A stretch of DNA of 63,602 nucleotides, filler included, from Hausera hauseri (GCA_046269625.1; 10 parts of 10 records of this genome joined end to end with filler, not necessarily neighbours in it); one strand, 5' to 3'; positions 39,290 to 53,684 are shown, numbered from the whole stretch's first letter. A program made the numbers and translations. The notes: generated by a model from the sequence alone, not told the origin.

Positions 39290-42200
39290 GGGATCCGGTG
39301 TATCATTAACGAAGAATGCAAGTTTCACTTTAGTTATGTGCATGTTTTGTTCTTTATCGTTTTTTAGTATCGTAACCGTGTGGGAGGTAACATTGAGGAC
39401 TTTAAATGGCCCGAAATAGTTTGGTTTGAATCCAAAAGGTGCAGGATTTTTAACCACACAAACTTTGCATTAAATATTGCATCAGGTAGGTATGTTTTTT
39501 CACCATGTATTATTCTACAGAAACAGTCCTGACTTATCTGAACAAAGTGATTTCGTTCAGACCTAATAGTTTCGTCAGTTGGCGTGTTATTTAAATCGAT
39601 AAGTTCAAAGAATGCACGAATTGTGGTACCAAAAAGTGCTTCAGCAGGTGCGCAACCAGTAGTAGTAGACGGCGTGTTGCACCACCCGAGTAAAACGAAA
39701 TGAAGGATGGTTGTCCAGTTCGTATGAGTTTCGGCCAGAATTTTAGGGACATTTTAAGTGTGCGGTGAAAGCGTTCCAATAAGCCATTCGACTGAGGGTG
39801 ATATGGAGTTGTGTGTATGTGATTTATGCCCAGTCGATTAACTAAAGGCTTGAATAGGTTCGATTCAAATTTGGGACCTTGGTCTGTAATTATATAGCGG
39901 GATGAACCAAACCGGCTAATCCAAATTCTTATAAATGCATCGGCTATTGAATCTATATTGAGGGATCGCAACGGAACGGCTTCAGGCCAACGAGACGCGC
40001 GGTCCATCATTGTTAAGATGAATTGGTGGCCGTTATCGGAAGGTAATGAGCCGATGATATCTAAGTGAACTGATTCAAAACGGGACGTACGGGGAAAATG
40101 GAATAAAGGTGGCTTGAGATGCTTAGTTACCTTGAATTTTTGACAAGCCGCGCATTGCTTAACCCAATTCTGTACGTCAAACCTCATTGATGGCCATGTT
40201 ACGTGACGTTTGAGGAGTCGGAATGTAGCCTTGGAACCTGGGTGATGCAAAGAATAAACATGTTGAAATGCAGTTTGTTGGAGAGAAGGCGCCAAAATTG
40301 GCAAATGTTGCCCAGGTGTCGACGTGCCCATGGCTATTCCATCGATGATTTGTGCAGATTTGTACTGTTTAAGAGTTTCAGCGGAAGGTGAATTTTGGAT
40401 TAATTGTTCCTTAGAGAATATTGGTGTGGCACTAATAGCACCAACTGGTCGTGATAAGAAATCGGCTATTAAATTGTCTGTGTCAGAAATATGGCGAATT
40501 TTAAAATTGGATGTTGACAGATATGATATATGGCGTTTTTGTCGAAGTGATAGTTGTTTCATGTTCATTACATGAACAAGAGGTTGGTTGTCCGTTTGAA
40601 TGGTAAAGGAACGAGCGACAAGCAAATGTGAAAAATGTTTCAGAGCTAAAACAATGGCCAGAAGTTCTCTATCGAAGGTGGGATAACGGTGCTTTTATGA
40701 CTGCAGCTTACGTGGAAAAAATTCTAACGGCTCATTTATACCTTAAGATATTTGATGAAGAAGCGCTCCTACCGCTATGGTTTATACGTCGGTTGATAAG
40801 ATGAGGTCAGCATCAGGTTTTGGGTAAGCTAAAATCTCAATCGTTTTAAGCTTGTCGCGGGGTTCATCGAACTGGTTAACAAGTTCTGGTGTCCAATATA
40901 TAAGCTTTTCTTCGGCCTTGCTCCTAGCTGAGCGAAAGGAGCAGTTAACTGGCTACAGTGTGGGACGCATTTATGGAAAAAATGTGAAGTCCCAAGAAAA
41001 CTACGCATGTCAGTAGTGGTTTTGGGTAGTTCGGTGTTTCGTGTTTGATGAATTTTATCAGGCTGTGGACTGTGACCGTCAGGTGTGATGACGTGGCCAA
41101 GGAAATTGACCTTTTCTGGAAGAAAGAACACTTAGAAAAGTTCACTTGAAAATTGTAGTTGTGTAAGCGTTGGAAAACCAGTCTGAGATGTTCTTCGTGT
41201 CGTTTGGGCGATGCCAATGCGACTAGTACGTCATCAATGCACGAATATGCAAATGGCAAGCCTGAAAGAACTGAATCAATGTGCCGTTGAAAAGTTTGTG
41301 CTGAGTTCTTTAAACCGAACGACATTAATGCGTATTCGAAGAGACTAAAAGGTGTTAAAATGGCCTTTTTTGAATGTCTTCGGGTGCTAAAGGTATTTGG
41401 TGGTAGGCTTTTTTAAGATCTATGGTTGAATAAATCATAGTTTTGTTCAAAGATTGTAATATATCCCTAATGAGAGATAACGGATAAGCATCCATGGTGG
41501 TGAAGTTATTAAGTTGTCGATAGTCACCGCATGGGCGGAATGTGCCATCTTTCTTTTGAACGACGTGGAGTAATGATGCTTACGGTGATTTCGAGCAATT
41601 TATAATGTTAGCTTGCTCGAGTGCAGAGAATTCTGCTTCGACTGCCTGTCGATTGGGTGGTGAAAGTGGGAGGAGTTTTTGCCTAACGGGCCTAGGATTT
41701 TCTGTTATTATATGATGAAACGTCGTGTTAGCCGGTCGAAATTCTGGGTCTTTTTTATTGTAAGTAAACAAGATTTGGTTAAATATTGTTGCATTTCTTG
41801 GCTAGGTGTAATAAAGGCTATTGTTGCTATGGCAGTGAACTGATTGGATAGAAACGCTAGAAATCGAATCGCCTAAATCGTCCTTGTCAACGCCTTTTGT
41901 TCATTTATTACAGGACTGCAACAAAAACGTTGGTTTATTTATATTGATATTAATGACGGTCTTATTTACGTTCTTTTAATATCGATTTTGTAGGTGAGAT
42001 AGGTTGCATGATCGGTTGGTTATTTGTAGAGGTCGGTTTTGTTGAATTGCTTTTGATGATCCGACATTGTCAACAATCTACAAGGAGGTTGTAGAAAGAT
42101 AAGAAATCAGACCGAAGTATTGGTGATTGTGTGTCGGCAACGATAAATGTCCAATTAAAAATGTCTGAGAATCGTGGTAAAGTGAATGAAACCTTCGACG

Positions 42201-43002
42201 TGCTGAATACACGTAAAGCTTGGCAGTTTGATGTGTACAGTTTAGTAGAAGTCGGTGAGGTAATTGATATTTTTGTGGGCATTGGTAGAAGAGATACTGC
42301 CGCTCCGGAATCTATTATAAAGTTAATTGGTTGATTAGGCTTGGTGGAAATGAAGGCATTTAATGTGAAGACAACATTCGTGCGGCTGATACAATGACGA
42401 GGATAGCCTTTACCAGTATGCGCTGGAACATTTGGCGGCTTTGACAGTTTTTTTGGATGGGCAGATTTTGGGAGTCAGAAGAATTACTAGGGCATTTTTT
42501 AGGTCGGTTGGAAAACGTGCAACCGTTGATGCAATTTTGGGCTTTATTAATGAACCTATTGTGGTAAATGCAAACAATGTCAGATTTTTGAAAAGAGGAT
42601 GTAAAGAATTTGCACCCCAAGCAACATTTGCTGGATTTATTCTTGAATTTAGTGTGATAATAGAACACCATGCGTCAAGTAGGAGACCTAGCGGATTTTG
42701 ATTTGTTCGATGAATCACGGCTGTGATTAGTTGTGAATTGTACTCGTCGCGGCATGGATAAATTTTCCAGTTTAAACGTTAAAGCAGAAATGACTTTGTG
42801 TATTGCCGTGTTTTCAGCCTGTAGAGCGTTTATTTGGTTATTCAGCGCTACGATTTCTGTATTGGATGGTGTCACAGACAGTTGTAATGTGGCTGCAACA
42901 ATTGGAATATGGAGTGTATTTCATATTTCGTAGCTTTTATCAGCCAGTTGTTATAGTTTTTCTAACGTAGCGGTTAGTAAACTACGGTTAGTAAAACGCG
43001 TA
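39290..43002 (-). mobile_element. decayed Ty3/Gypsy LTR retrotransposon internal region (gag end, PR, RT, RNase H, IN)
   Basis: CxxH..C..C gag motifs, IIDSGAAVS, RPCGDYR, MSFGLKN, CIDDVL, ADFLSR, H2C2, HLDIIG, TDQG, YHPQSNGLLERFH, YFGPF. Confidence 0.92.
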
Positions 43003-43109
43003 NNNNNNNNNNNNNNNNNNNNNNNNNNNNNNNNNNNNNNNNNNNNTTAATTAATTAANNNNNNNNNNNNNNNNNNNNNNNNNNNNNNNNNNNNNNNNNN
43101 NNCGCGGAT

Positions 43110-43258
43110 ACGGAATTTAATACTAGTTCACGAACACTGAATTTAATAAAAAAGTAAATTCAGGAAGAGTGAATTTAAACACAAATTCGCGAACAATGAA
43201 TTTAATATAAATTCACCAACAGTGAATTTAATACAAAATATCAATTCATGAATTCACA
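43110..43258. repeat. degenerate tandem repeat of about 25-30 bp with internal dyad (gaattt..aaattc), 5-6 units
   Basis: tgaatttaa..aaattc.cgaaca recurs. Confidence 0.7.
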
Positions 43259-44136
43259 TAGACGCAAAAAATCGTGCAAGAAATAAAATTATTTTGTTTG
43301 TACACACCGTAATCCAACCCTGTACTTCAGACCTCATCGATGACCATGTTATGTGGTGCTTAAGAAGGTAGAGCGTACCTTTCGAACCTGGACGATATAA
43401 GGAGTGATTGTTTTTGAAGGTCAGATTTTCAACTAGAATAGTGGATCAAAATGTCGCAATTTTTATTGAAAATATAATTAGCCGATCTTTATGAACAAAC
43501 CGATAGTAACTTATACTACTACTTACAAATTTATCAGAAGAAAAAAAACCATTTTTTGTAAAAACTTTAAAACCCTATTGGCTTACTTTGTCTGCCATTT
43601 TTCGTTAAAAATAAAAAAAAACATTAGAAAACACTTTCATTCGCCCTACTTTATTCACCAATTTTCAACTATTTTCAGTCTTAATATAGACTAATATTAT
43701 TGACACGCGTAGCGAATTTGTCCAGTTAAAAACTAGTTTTTACATCTACTCATAATATTAAAATTAAAAGTTATCAGTTTCAACAATTATTATAAGGTAA
43801 AAAATTTCAACAATAATAAATTTGACACATCAAAATGACGATAAATGAAGTCCTCGAAAACCATACGTATTGTGAACTATTTGGAACACAATTCAAAAAA
43901 CCATCAGCTTTTAAGTCATTCAAAATCAAAAATAGTTATAAATTAAATAATACTCCGCCAGAATCACACAGTTATCAACATTGTAATAGATAACAGCTGG
44001 TAAATAAAAATCCGATCTCTTTTTAAATTCAATTTTCATGTTATATCAATAACTAAATTAAAATTTAATTTACATTTTTAAAATTATGTAAAGTAGTTCG
44101 TTAAATAATAAAAGTTTGTATTTATAATTTTTATAA

Positions 44137-45025
44137 ATGGCTAAAATATTTAAATCTAAATAAGAACCACAACGAGATGTGTATGGCTTTTATTTGGTAA
44201 ATAAGGAAAAAGGAACTTTTCACCTACAATCATTTCAAAGCCGAAAAGATACCAAAGTTCACGATTTACAGTATTATGAATCGTGCTGGAAATAAAGCTT
44301 GGCCAGAAAGGGTTAAGGGAAGTAGTTGTATTGCAAAGGTAATGACGAAACCCAATATGTCAAAATTAAGAAGCTTGTTTGACCATAAAGATAACATATA
44401 ACAACAACTAGCTGCCAGAAAGTTCCATTGCACTCAAGCTCATATATCACAAACATTAAACAAACATACAACAATAAAGCCGAGAAAGAAAAAGAAGATT
44501 CCTAAAAGAAGTCAAGCTCAAATAGCAAAAATACAAACATATTGTTCCAGACTTTGCTCGAAATTCTCAGATTTTTCATGGATTATTGATGATGAAAGTT
44601 ATTTTACTCTTTTACATAACATCATTAATGGAAACAATATTTTTTACTCAACTGATCTTTTCCTAACTCCACCAAGTGTAAAATACTCATCAAAAGCCAA
44701 ATTTGTGAAAAAACTTTTGGTCTGGGTCTCTTTTTCCAATAAAGGTGTTGCTTGTTTCCTTTTCGTACCATCCGGTCTTGCCATAAATCAAAAAATATAT
44801 ATAAATGAATGTATATGCAAAATACTTATTACTTTCATTGAAGAACATCATAAATGTAGCAAATGTGTATTCTGGCCACATATGACGTCTTCGCATTACG
44901 CTAAAAGGGTAATTGACTTCATGGTCGCCAATAACATCAGTTTTCTTCTTAAAGAAGACAATCCCCCAAATCTACCAAAATGCCGACCGATTGAGGATTT
45001 TTTGAGCATGTTGAAAGCAGAAGTC
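44137..45025 (+). mobile_element. IS630-Tc1-mariner DD37E-type transposase pseudogene, 3' truncated
   Basis: IIDDESYF; FWP(H)MTSSHY with 37 residues to E in NPPNLPKCRPIE. Confidence 0.82.
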
Positions 45026-45039
45026 AGTGTTTGATTGTG

Positions 45040-47220
45040 CCATACCAAAACCATAACCATATAAAAGGACAGAATATACAATGAACCAAAATGGCAGATC
45101 TCACAAGTATGGTTTGAGTCAATTGGTATGGGTGATTGCTTCCATTGTATTCAGACTTAAGTCAGAAGGCAACACAAGTAAGATTCCTTCTTGGGAAGGT
45201 TACAATTCATTGATCGCTGAAAATGTTCCAGCAACAAACGTCTGTGCTCTATCACTGCTTCCTGAAGTTGCGCATGAATGGTCAACCCTGTTGACTGTGA
45301 TTATGCAGACCACTGAATTGCGACGCCTGGCAGTAGGTGAAGAACATCCAACTGTTATCTTCTTCGATATGACTGTGCGAAAAGGTTATTAAGTTGTTGT
45401 ATGCCAGACCTGATTTGAAGAATACAGTTGTGCCCAGGCTTGGTGAACTACACGCAACCATGACTGCTCTGAGATCTCCTGGTTTTTCTATAGTGAACTC
45501 TGGTATAGACGATGTCTAGATAGAAACCGGTGTCTTTGGTGCAGCAACGACAAGGCAAAACTTTAAGTGCAAACATTACAAGCGTTCTCTTTGTTCCCAT
45601 ATCTACTTGTATGTTGCTCTATATGAGTTGGTATTAGAAGAAATTTTAAGAGGGAAAACAGCTGAAAAAAGTTTGGAAAATAACAGCAAATAGAAAAAGC
45701 ATTCTGTAGAGACAAAACAACCAACCTGGAATGTACTACTGAAGCTAATGCCAATCTGCTTTAAGTCATTATTAATTCCATTTTACTGAACTCATTGAAT
45801 GACTGGGAAGAACAAAAGCCTAAACATGCCATGTTCAAGTCCATAAGGAACTACTTGCGTCGGGTGGAGGCAATCTTTTTTTGAAGCATTCCGCAATGCT
45901 GATCTTGTCCTCCGTCTACAAGCTGCAGCAGGACTTAGTAAGTTGTTCTTTGCATTTGATAGGATCAAATATGAGACTGTGGCCAAGGTACGTTAGAGAT
46001 ATGCATGATCTTCGAAAATATTATCCTACAACGTGAAAGGAATTTAAAGAAGGCAGCCTGTCAGTCACAAGAAATGGTATTCTATTTGTGTCAATAGGTG
46101 TTGGTTATGCTATTGAACATATTAACAAACAGATGGAGATACACTCTGGATTGATTGGCATGTCGAATAATTTCAGCACAAGGCAGAGATTTTTTATATC
46201 GACACCACACTTATCAATTCGTTCAAGACAGTTCAAGAGACAATTTGCAATGGAGTCTGACAGCAGAAATGCTGAACATCATGATCTAAGCCCTAGTGCA
46301 ATAAGAAAGGACCATCAGGCAATCAGCAAAATAAATGAAACTATTCTAAGTCATGGTAACCCAGTCATCGCTGAAGGTGATACATTGTATAACATTATAA
46401 CACGCTTTATCTCACAAGTTTGTTTCATTGATCCTGTACATTGACGAAACTGGTTATAAATTGTATGACGAATATGTTTCAGACAGAATCAATGGTGAAG
46501 AACGCCTGTGGAGTCCAGTCAAGAAGCATAATAACAAAATGTTCACGGCTGGTAACATTAAATCGACTTTTAAAATTAGGGACAAAATTGTTGATCTAAA
46601 GGAGACGAAAAATTTCTACGGAATGCTGCTGGCTCTTACAAGATGAAACAGATATATTGACCAGAAGTTTGCTATTGGTAATTATGGATTCACACAAACA
46701 CCGCAATCACTCTTTTCTTTTAATGGGGATCCACTGCCGCGCACTGCTAAATATAAGTTAATTCATCTGCTTGAAAAAATGGCTAATGAAAACACAAACG
46801 AAAACGTTCAATAACAAAATGCTTGTGAACAAACCAAATTTCATCAACCTACTCAAAATGGTAACCTCAATCGAAAAATTGCTGTTGTAGATGGAATGGT
46901 CATTGTTCAAAAGTTTACTAAGAAACCAACAACGGTATGCACTATTAGACATTTAAGCTGTAACCAGAGATAATGATGAAATCATTCTAGTGTTTGGTAC
47001 GTATCAGACCAATTTTCTAAAACATGCAACCAGAGAGAAAAGAAGACAAGGAAATGATCCAGTCCAATATTAAATTGCAGATGACAAACATAAAAAGCAT
47101 ATCAATGAACCGTTTGCTTTCTCATAACGAAACCAAGTCTGAACTCAGAGTACGTTGCAGCCAAGACAATTGAATATAGCAGCAATTCATCCAAACTAGT
47201 TATTACATTTGCAGCATGAT
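45040..47220 (+). mobile_element. Academ-like transposon pseudogene (transposase plus XPG/PIN-like nuclease)
   Basis: IPSWEGYNS, RLGELH, NSGIDD, KHYKR, FAFDRIKY, AIEHINK, HGNP, AVVDGMVIVQ, LVFGTY..LK..TREKR. Confidence 0.65.
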
Positions 47221-49604
47221 ATACAGTAAACAATTAGAAGAGTAGGAGGAAAATGTATGTTCTGCACAGCCCCACTCCTGGGGGAGGGTAATCGATAAAT
47301 CAATTTTGCACATACCAAGCGATAGTGCCCATGGTGTACTATCGATCGGTAGTGTGCTAGGCGGCGATGCCGTTCAAATCGATANNNNNNNNNNNNNNNN
47401 NNNNNNNNNNNNNNNNNNNNNNNNNNNNTTAATTAATTAANNNNNNNNNNNNNNNNNNNNNNNNNNNNNNNNNNNNNNNNNNNNATTAAAGTTTTAATTT
47501 AAATCTAAAAATGTTTCTAATTTAAATTCAAAATTTCTGTTCTTCATTATATCCTCACAGTACAAATATATCGTTCAGCAAGAACTGATTTTCCTTCGCT
47601 TTTGATGTGATATAACTGATCGATCTAAAAAATAACTAACTGGTGTGAAAACAAAAATAAATGACTTACTTCGAACTGCTCCTGCAACTCCGAACTACCT
47701 GAAAAAACAACAATAAAAACATAGAGTGAATTAAAATTCACTTACTGTAATGGATTGATAAATAATTTTAATGGTGACTTGATTTATGAAGTTGACTTTG
47801 GTAAAATTTCGTTTGCTTTGTACAATTAAAGGTGATAATATTATACTATATATAGCTGACTGAACATAAACGTTTTAGAAAAAGTGCTTCGATTGTATTT
47901 TATGTTTACGAGTAAGCGTGTCTTGATTTTAATATATTATTTTTACCTAGGTTATCATTTACATAATTATATTTTCTGTGATTGTTATTTTACCTTATTT
48001 CTTAAGTAAAACAAAGTAAGTAACTAATTGGTGTGGATCTTCTACCGTCCAGGTCGAACCAACCTGACGAAAACCTCTAAGTAATTTGAGTGCTAAATAA
48101 AACATTAAGGTCAATTCGATAAATCCAAGCCCCACAGGCGACTATTGCCCAACATACCACATATAAGCTAGTGTTAGGTAAGATTAACAGCTCTATCACC
48201 TCCTCATCTGAGTAACGATACCTCACTAACTACGTAACCTTGTTCCCTCCACTAATTTTATTAACGCTTTTATTTATAAGTCTCTCCCAACGCAAATTAG
48301 TGAAGAATTGAACAAAACATCTATTGAATACTTACACTCGAAATTATGCATTTGATCCGTCAGTTTTCCGAATTTTCAACCATCATTCTGCTCGTTTACT
48401 TACCTGAATTAATTTGATTCAACCCTCAGAAATGTCGATTAATTTACAATGGAAATACATACACAACAACATTATTGAAAAAAGTACCGAATTTTGTAAT
48501 TACTTCATCGTCCCTATGAAACAATAATCCATATTTCATTCCGCATGTTTTAAGAATTGACAATCTCTGCCAGCAGTATGGTTCGAAAACTTGATATCCG
48601 AATAAGTCAGTTTAAAATTCTCAATTGGAATGGTTACAAAGTTTGAATGATGCCGAAACTTTCGTTTACATCGAAAGAAAAAATATAATCGCAAAACATT
48701 TGAAAGTAGTTATGTTCACGTGACGTGCGAAAAAGTGCCGGGTTTTGGTGTTCCCGATTTACCGACCTTTTTTTCTTAAATTTCAACATTTTAAAACTAA
48801 AAATGTTCTGAAAAGCCAGACATATTGTTTCGATTGATTCAATTTCATTCTAGATCTCAGACTTGCTTTAAAAACACTGACGTATTTTGAAAATTTTCAT
48901 TCCGTTTCAATTTTGTTATTCGGAAGAGTTAACATACACATTGCATTTGCTTTTGATTCTAAACCCCATATTGGAGTTCATTGTGATGCGAAAACCGGGG
49001 TGCTGAGGTCTTATTTCTTCACAGTAGATCTAAGCGTCCTAAAGGTTATTTATTTATTTTCAATTTCACAGAGAATGCTCATTACAAACCTGGAACCAAC
49101 AGAAATATTAGTGATGTAACTGATAATTAGACGAATCCATTGTACTTGGACATAACATGAAAGACAAACTGCAAATGTGACTTTAGTAAAATATTTGTTG
49201 AAAAAAGAAAGGAAAATTTGATAAAATTTTAAAATTGTCTAAATGTTAGAGGGAAATTGAAGAAATGTAAAATTACGTAACATTTAGAAGCCAATATTGT
49301 ATAATCCTGGCTTTGTTTACAAACATACTTTCACATTATTAATCAGCTAAACATTTTGTACTTGTAGAATCTGTAAAACTCTGACTAGCAGTAAGGTGCC
49401 TTTCGTTGTGAGAATTTCAAATATTTAAATTTATCTCAATCTTTTCAAAAAACTAAATCAAAGACACGTTCGTTAAAATATACAAGGGTTTTTTATTTTT
49501 TCAAATTTTATTTAAATTATCAACCAATAATATTCGAGGAAATTAAAATTAATTTAAATAAAATTACCATTTTGAGAGAATCATTAAACAAGAATATCAA
49601 ATCA

Positions 49605-49904
49605 ATGAATTCAAAAGATATTAGAGAAGTTGAAGATGATATATATGAAATGTATGACAAAATTGATTCGTTTAAACCGACCATTCCAATTATCGCCACG
49701 AATCAATATCTTTTAGAAGGAGGAATGCATTTGGAAAACAAACGAATTGTAACACTCATGTCGTTGGTTGCAGAATGTCTTGTAAACAACATTGTAACTG
49801 AAGTAAAAAGAAGTATAAAGCAATCGGGAGAAAATGAAAAGAATTTTACAAAACAGCATTTTGATGATGCTGTATTTAATTTGGGTTTGAATATATACAA
49901 ATAA
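49605..49904 (+). CDS. TAF10: TAF10-like histone-fold TFIID subunit (divergent, intronless)
   Basis: DSFKPTIP..ATNQYL..GG..NKRIVTLMSLVAE..GLNI parallels TAF10 EDYTPTIP..VT.YYL..AG..DPRIIRLISLAAQ..GINV. Confidence 0.7.
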   Translation: MNSKDIREVEDDIYEMYDKIDSFKPTIPIIATNQYLLEGGMHLENKRIVTLMSLVAECLVNNIVTEVKRSIKQSGENEKNFTKQHFDDAVFNLGLNIYK

Positions 49905-50256
49905 ATGTTTCTTATTAAATCTATATTTTATCACGAGTTTATTGATCATTGTTTCGTATTAATGGAAACTACTCGTAAAACATAAATTAACATATTTTAT
50001 TGCATTAAAATTACAGTAAAATTGTTTAGGTCTGACATTTTATAATAAATTGGCAGAAATGTGCAGAATATAATGCTGATTATTAATTTAAATTTATTAT
50101 TTCCAACATAGCCAAAATTACGCAATTCGAGTTAATATTTTTTATATCTTAGTGTTTTTGATGTTGTATCTATATGTAAATAATATTCTGTGGTAAAAAT
50201 AATATGTGGTAATTTATATGCACATTCAGAGAGAAAAGTGTAATTGTTAATTTGAC

Positions 50257-50437
50257 TAATAAATTTTAGACTGACAGAACATACGGAAAATATTATAGAT
50301 GGAATATAAAAAGAAGAATACGTCGAAGAAAGAAAAATTTTGTCAAAATTCAGAATTCGTAAACGTAGTTTGGGGACTTAATATTAATATTCCACTTATA
50401 ATATTTTCCGGATGTTCTGTCAGTCTAAAATTTATTA
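50257..50437. mobile_element. MITE with about 41-bp TIRs
   Basis: taataaattttagactgacagaacatacggaaaatattata and its reverse complement, one mismatch. Confidence 0.85.
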
Positions 50438-50439
50438 TT

Positions 50440-50878
50440 CAAGTGATTGAAACAAATCTGTGCATCCCTCTACACCTATAGCTTTATCTGCGACTGTAAA
50501 AGTGTAAGATACCAATTTTGTGTGAACTTATTTTCTTTCCAAGTCTTCTTCAATAATCCTTTAAACCATAGTATGTGATACCACCATTTCCTCGGCAATC
50601 ATTTGAACAATGAGACTGTTGTCTTCTTCAATCAACCGTTTTAACAATTCAATGCTTTCTTGTCTTAAATCGCTCTTTGGTCTATCACTGCCTTTAAGCC
50701 TTTCAAAACAATTTTTCCCATATTCCTTGAACTTCTTACAAATGATATGGATGCGGTGTAAACTAAATTAATCATCTGGACACGGTTCTTTTATGATTTT
50801 ATGTTTTCCAGTCGCTTTATAACCACATCTGCGTAAAGTCTCAATCAGAAAATATATGTGGCCCTTCGTGGTTTCCAT
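50440..50878 (-). mobile_element. mariner-like transposase N-terminal (HTH) relic
   Basis: KKFKE..GSDRP, IVQMIAEEMVVSHTMV*RIIEEDL, TKLVSYTFT. Confidence 0.65.
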
Positions 50879-52778
50879 AAAAATAAAACAAAAAGTCGAT
50901 CTAAACAACAAAACAACACAATATATCGACATTTTAAAATTAGAGCTTTATTTGCCAGTTTAAAATAGATTTAAATTAAATTTCAAACAATACAAAACAA
51001 CAAACTGCACAGACATTATTGTAATTACATATACATATATATAATCCATTTTGTTTGCAATAAAAAGCCGTTTTCTCGGTATAGCCGCTATTTCTATTTA
51101 ATAAGCGAGGCAAATATTACAAAGGCCTAAAGCATTTTGCGATATGGATATTTCAAATTTTATTTCACCCGATCGGTTTAAATTATTGTTATACATGTTG
51201 TATTTTAGTTATGTCACATTTTCTTATTTCATGATTGAAATGAATATTAGAGTTAATATTTAATTTTTTAATGTAAGATTTGTCGAAGTCTGTTTCAGTT
51301 TTAAGTAATAATTTGAGTAATTTAAAAAATAAATTTAACTAGTTAAATAATATTTATATTTAAATCTAAAATTTTCTGCTAATTTTAAAGGTTTTAAATG
51401 ATGTTTAAAATCAATTTTACTTGATTTTGTAAGATTTCCTTTTGCTTCTAAAGGCTGATAATTAGTCCAATGAAACATGTTTTTACATTCCATAATTTAT
51501 TAAAATTAAATTTAGAAAGCGTAAAACATGATCAAAATGAATTATTTTTCCTAAATCATTTATTGAATATTGATTGCCGTATTTTGTAGATAAATGATAT
51601 TTAATGTCACAACCTAGAAATAACATTGTGATATGATTTCCTTTAAATCCTCGAATAGATTTATATATTGCATGTAATAATAAATATCTTATTTATAATA
51701 ATAATTATTATTATTCTGTTAACGCAAACGTCTATATTAATTTATTCGTTGTCGATTATTCTTTCCCTATTCTTTGTGACATTCTAAAATTTTAACTTTT
51801 TGCCCTCGCAGAATAATTTCTCCGCTATTTTCACAATATTCTTTTCCCTGGATTGCAATTTTTTTATTTTCTTGTGCATATTATTTCTTGTATTCAGAAA
51901 AAGCTGCCCGTCTAAATGAAGGGAGAGATTAAAGGGAAAATATTGACGTAATCAGTGGTTCTCAAGTACTATATGATAACGATTTTGCAAATGAACACAT
52001 TGAATGTTCTTGCTGACTTTCCGAAATTTAATGTCTCGGTTTGGATTATCTTATCACCATGAATATTTGATGGACATAAAAATTCATACATGGGAGTAAA
52101 GTCGACAGATTTCGTTTGAAAATGCGGGAGACAGTCCGTAGAATTAATATCCGAATTTATTTAATGAAATATAATTCTAATTTATCCAAAAATATAGTAC
52201 CTCACAAAATGCATGAGGGTGTGCGTGTGTGTATATAGAACGTAAGTATATAGTTTGTATGCAAAATATATGACATCTCTTACTTCCAGTTGCAACAATT
52301 TAATAAAATTTTGAAAAGCTTATCTTTCTAACACAATAAAATTATTTACATGAGAAAACTTGTATAATATTCGACGCTGAATTATTTTCATTACTAAAAT
52401 GATAATTGAATATATAAGCATAATTTACTTTTGTTGTACAACATAAATGTAGAACTATGTTCATTTATTTTGGAAATCGTGAACAACATCTTTACAAACG
52501 TAATTTTGAATGTCATAATTTTAAAACAAATCAATCTCGAAATGTAATTTTGTCCAAATGATTCACAGATCCACCTGATGATAGCTAATAAAGCCGAAAC
52601 ATGGTATAGGAAAAATAAACAAATGAACTTTATTCCACCTTCTTATTTTAATACAATTAATTCATTAAATTTTTAATTAAAACAAATTTTAATATTTATA
52701 ATAATTAACTAAAATTTAAATAAAAAAGTTAAAATAAAAAGTAAATTAAAGTAATTAAATTTTTTGTGTTGTGTTCGG

Positions 52779-53684
52779 AAAATTGCTCAAAATCTTGGTC
52801 TGACTTTGAGTGAAGTTATTTCCAAAACGTTTAGCAATGGAGAAACAAGCGTCGAAATAAAGGAATCCGTTAGAGGAGATGACGTGTTCATTGTGCAAAC
52901 TGGCAGCGGAAACATAAATGATTCATTGATGGAACTACTATTAATGATCAGCGCTTGCAAAATTTCATCTGCTCAAAGAATAACAGCAATAATTCCTTGT
53001 TTCCCATATTCACGACAAGATAGAAAAGATAAATACCGAGTCCCAATATCTGCAAAGCTAGTAGCCAACATGATAACAGCTGCTGGAGCTGACCACGTAA
53101 TTACCATGGACCTCCATGCAAGTCAGATTCAAGGATTTTTTGATATTCCCGTTGACAATCTTTACTCTGAATTGGCAATTGTAAAATGGATTAAGGAAAA
53201 CATTCGAGACTATGAACAGTGTGTTATTGTCAGTCCCGATGCTGGTGGAGCTAAACGAGTTACTTCTGTTGCAGATAAGTTGGGTGTTGACTTTGCTCTA
53301 ATTCACAAAGAAAGAAAAAAGGCTAATGAAGTCGATAATATGGTGTTGGTCGGTGATGTGACGGATAAAGTTGCTATTCTTGTTGATGATATGATTGATA
53401 CGTGTGGAACAATAGTTTTTGCAGTTGATAAATTAATAGAAGCTGGTTCTAAAGAGGTTTACGCAATATGTTGTCACGGTGTGTTTTCCGGACCTGCAGT
53501 TAGCCGAATTCAAAATTCAAAATTTAAATCTGTAATTGTCACAAACACAATAGATCAAACTGAAGTCATGAAACAAACAAATAAAGTACAATGCATCGAT
53601 ATCAGTAGAATCTTATCTGAGGCAATTCAACGAACCCACAATGGAGAATCAGTATCGTTTTTATATTCACACATGCCATTTTAA
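52779..53684 (+). CDS. PRPS: ribose-phosphate pyrophosphokinase, intronless, lacking the first ~17 codons and ATG
   Basis: [53 protein letters not shown]. Confidence 0.93.
   Translation, partial: KIAQNLGLTLSEVISKTFSNGETSVEIKESVRGDDVFIVQTGSGNINDSLMELLLMISACKISSAQRITAIIPCFPYSRQDRKDKYRVPISAKLVANMITAAGADHVITMDLHASQIQGFFDIPVDNLYSELAIVKWIKENIRDYEQCVIVSPDAGGAKRVTSVADKLGVDFALIHKERKKANEVDNMVLVGDVTDKVAILVDDMIDTCGTIVFAVDKLIEAGSKEVYAICCHGVFSGPAVSRIQNSKFKSVIVTNTIDQTEVMKQTNKVQCIDISRILSEAIQRTHNGESVSFLYSHMPF

Noticed and set aside
38962-43002. Contig 6 as the direct continuation of the UBL-Gag ORF
   Set aside because: Compatible Gag class but no sequence overlap to support a join
43110-43258. CRISPR-like array of palindromic repeats
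   Set aside because: No unique spacers, degenerate units, eukaryotic context and no cas genes
51780-52100. Possible pogo/Tigger transposase relic (DGH-like motif)
   Set aside because: Too degenerate to support
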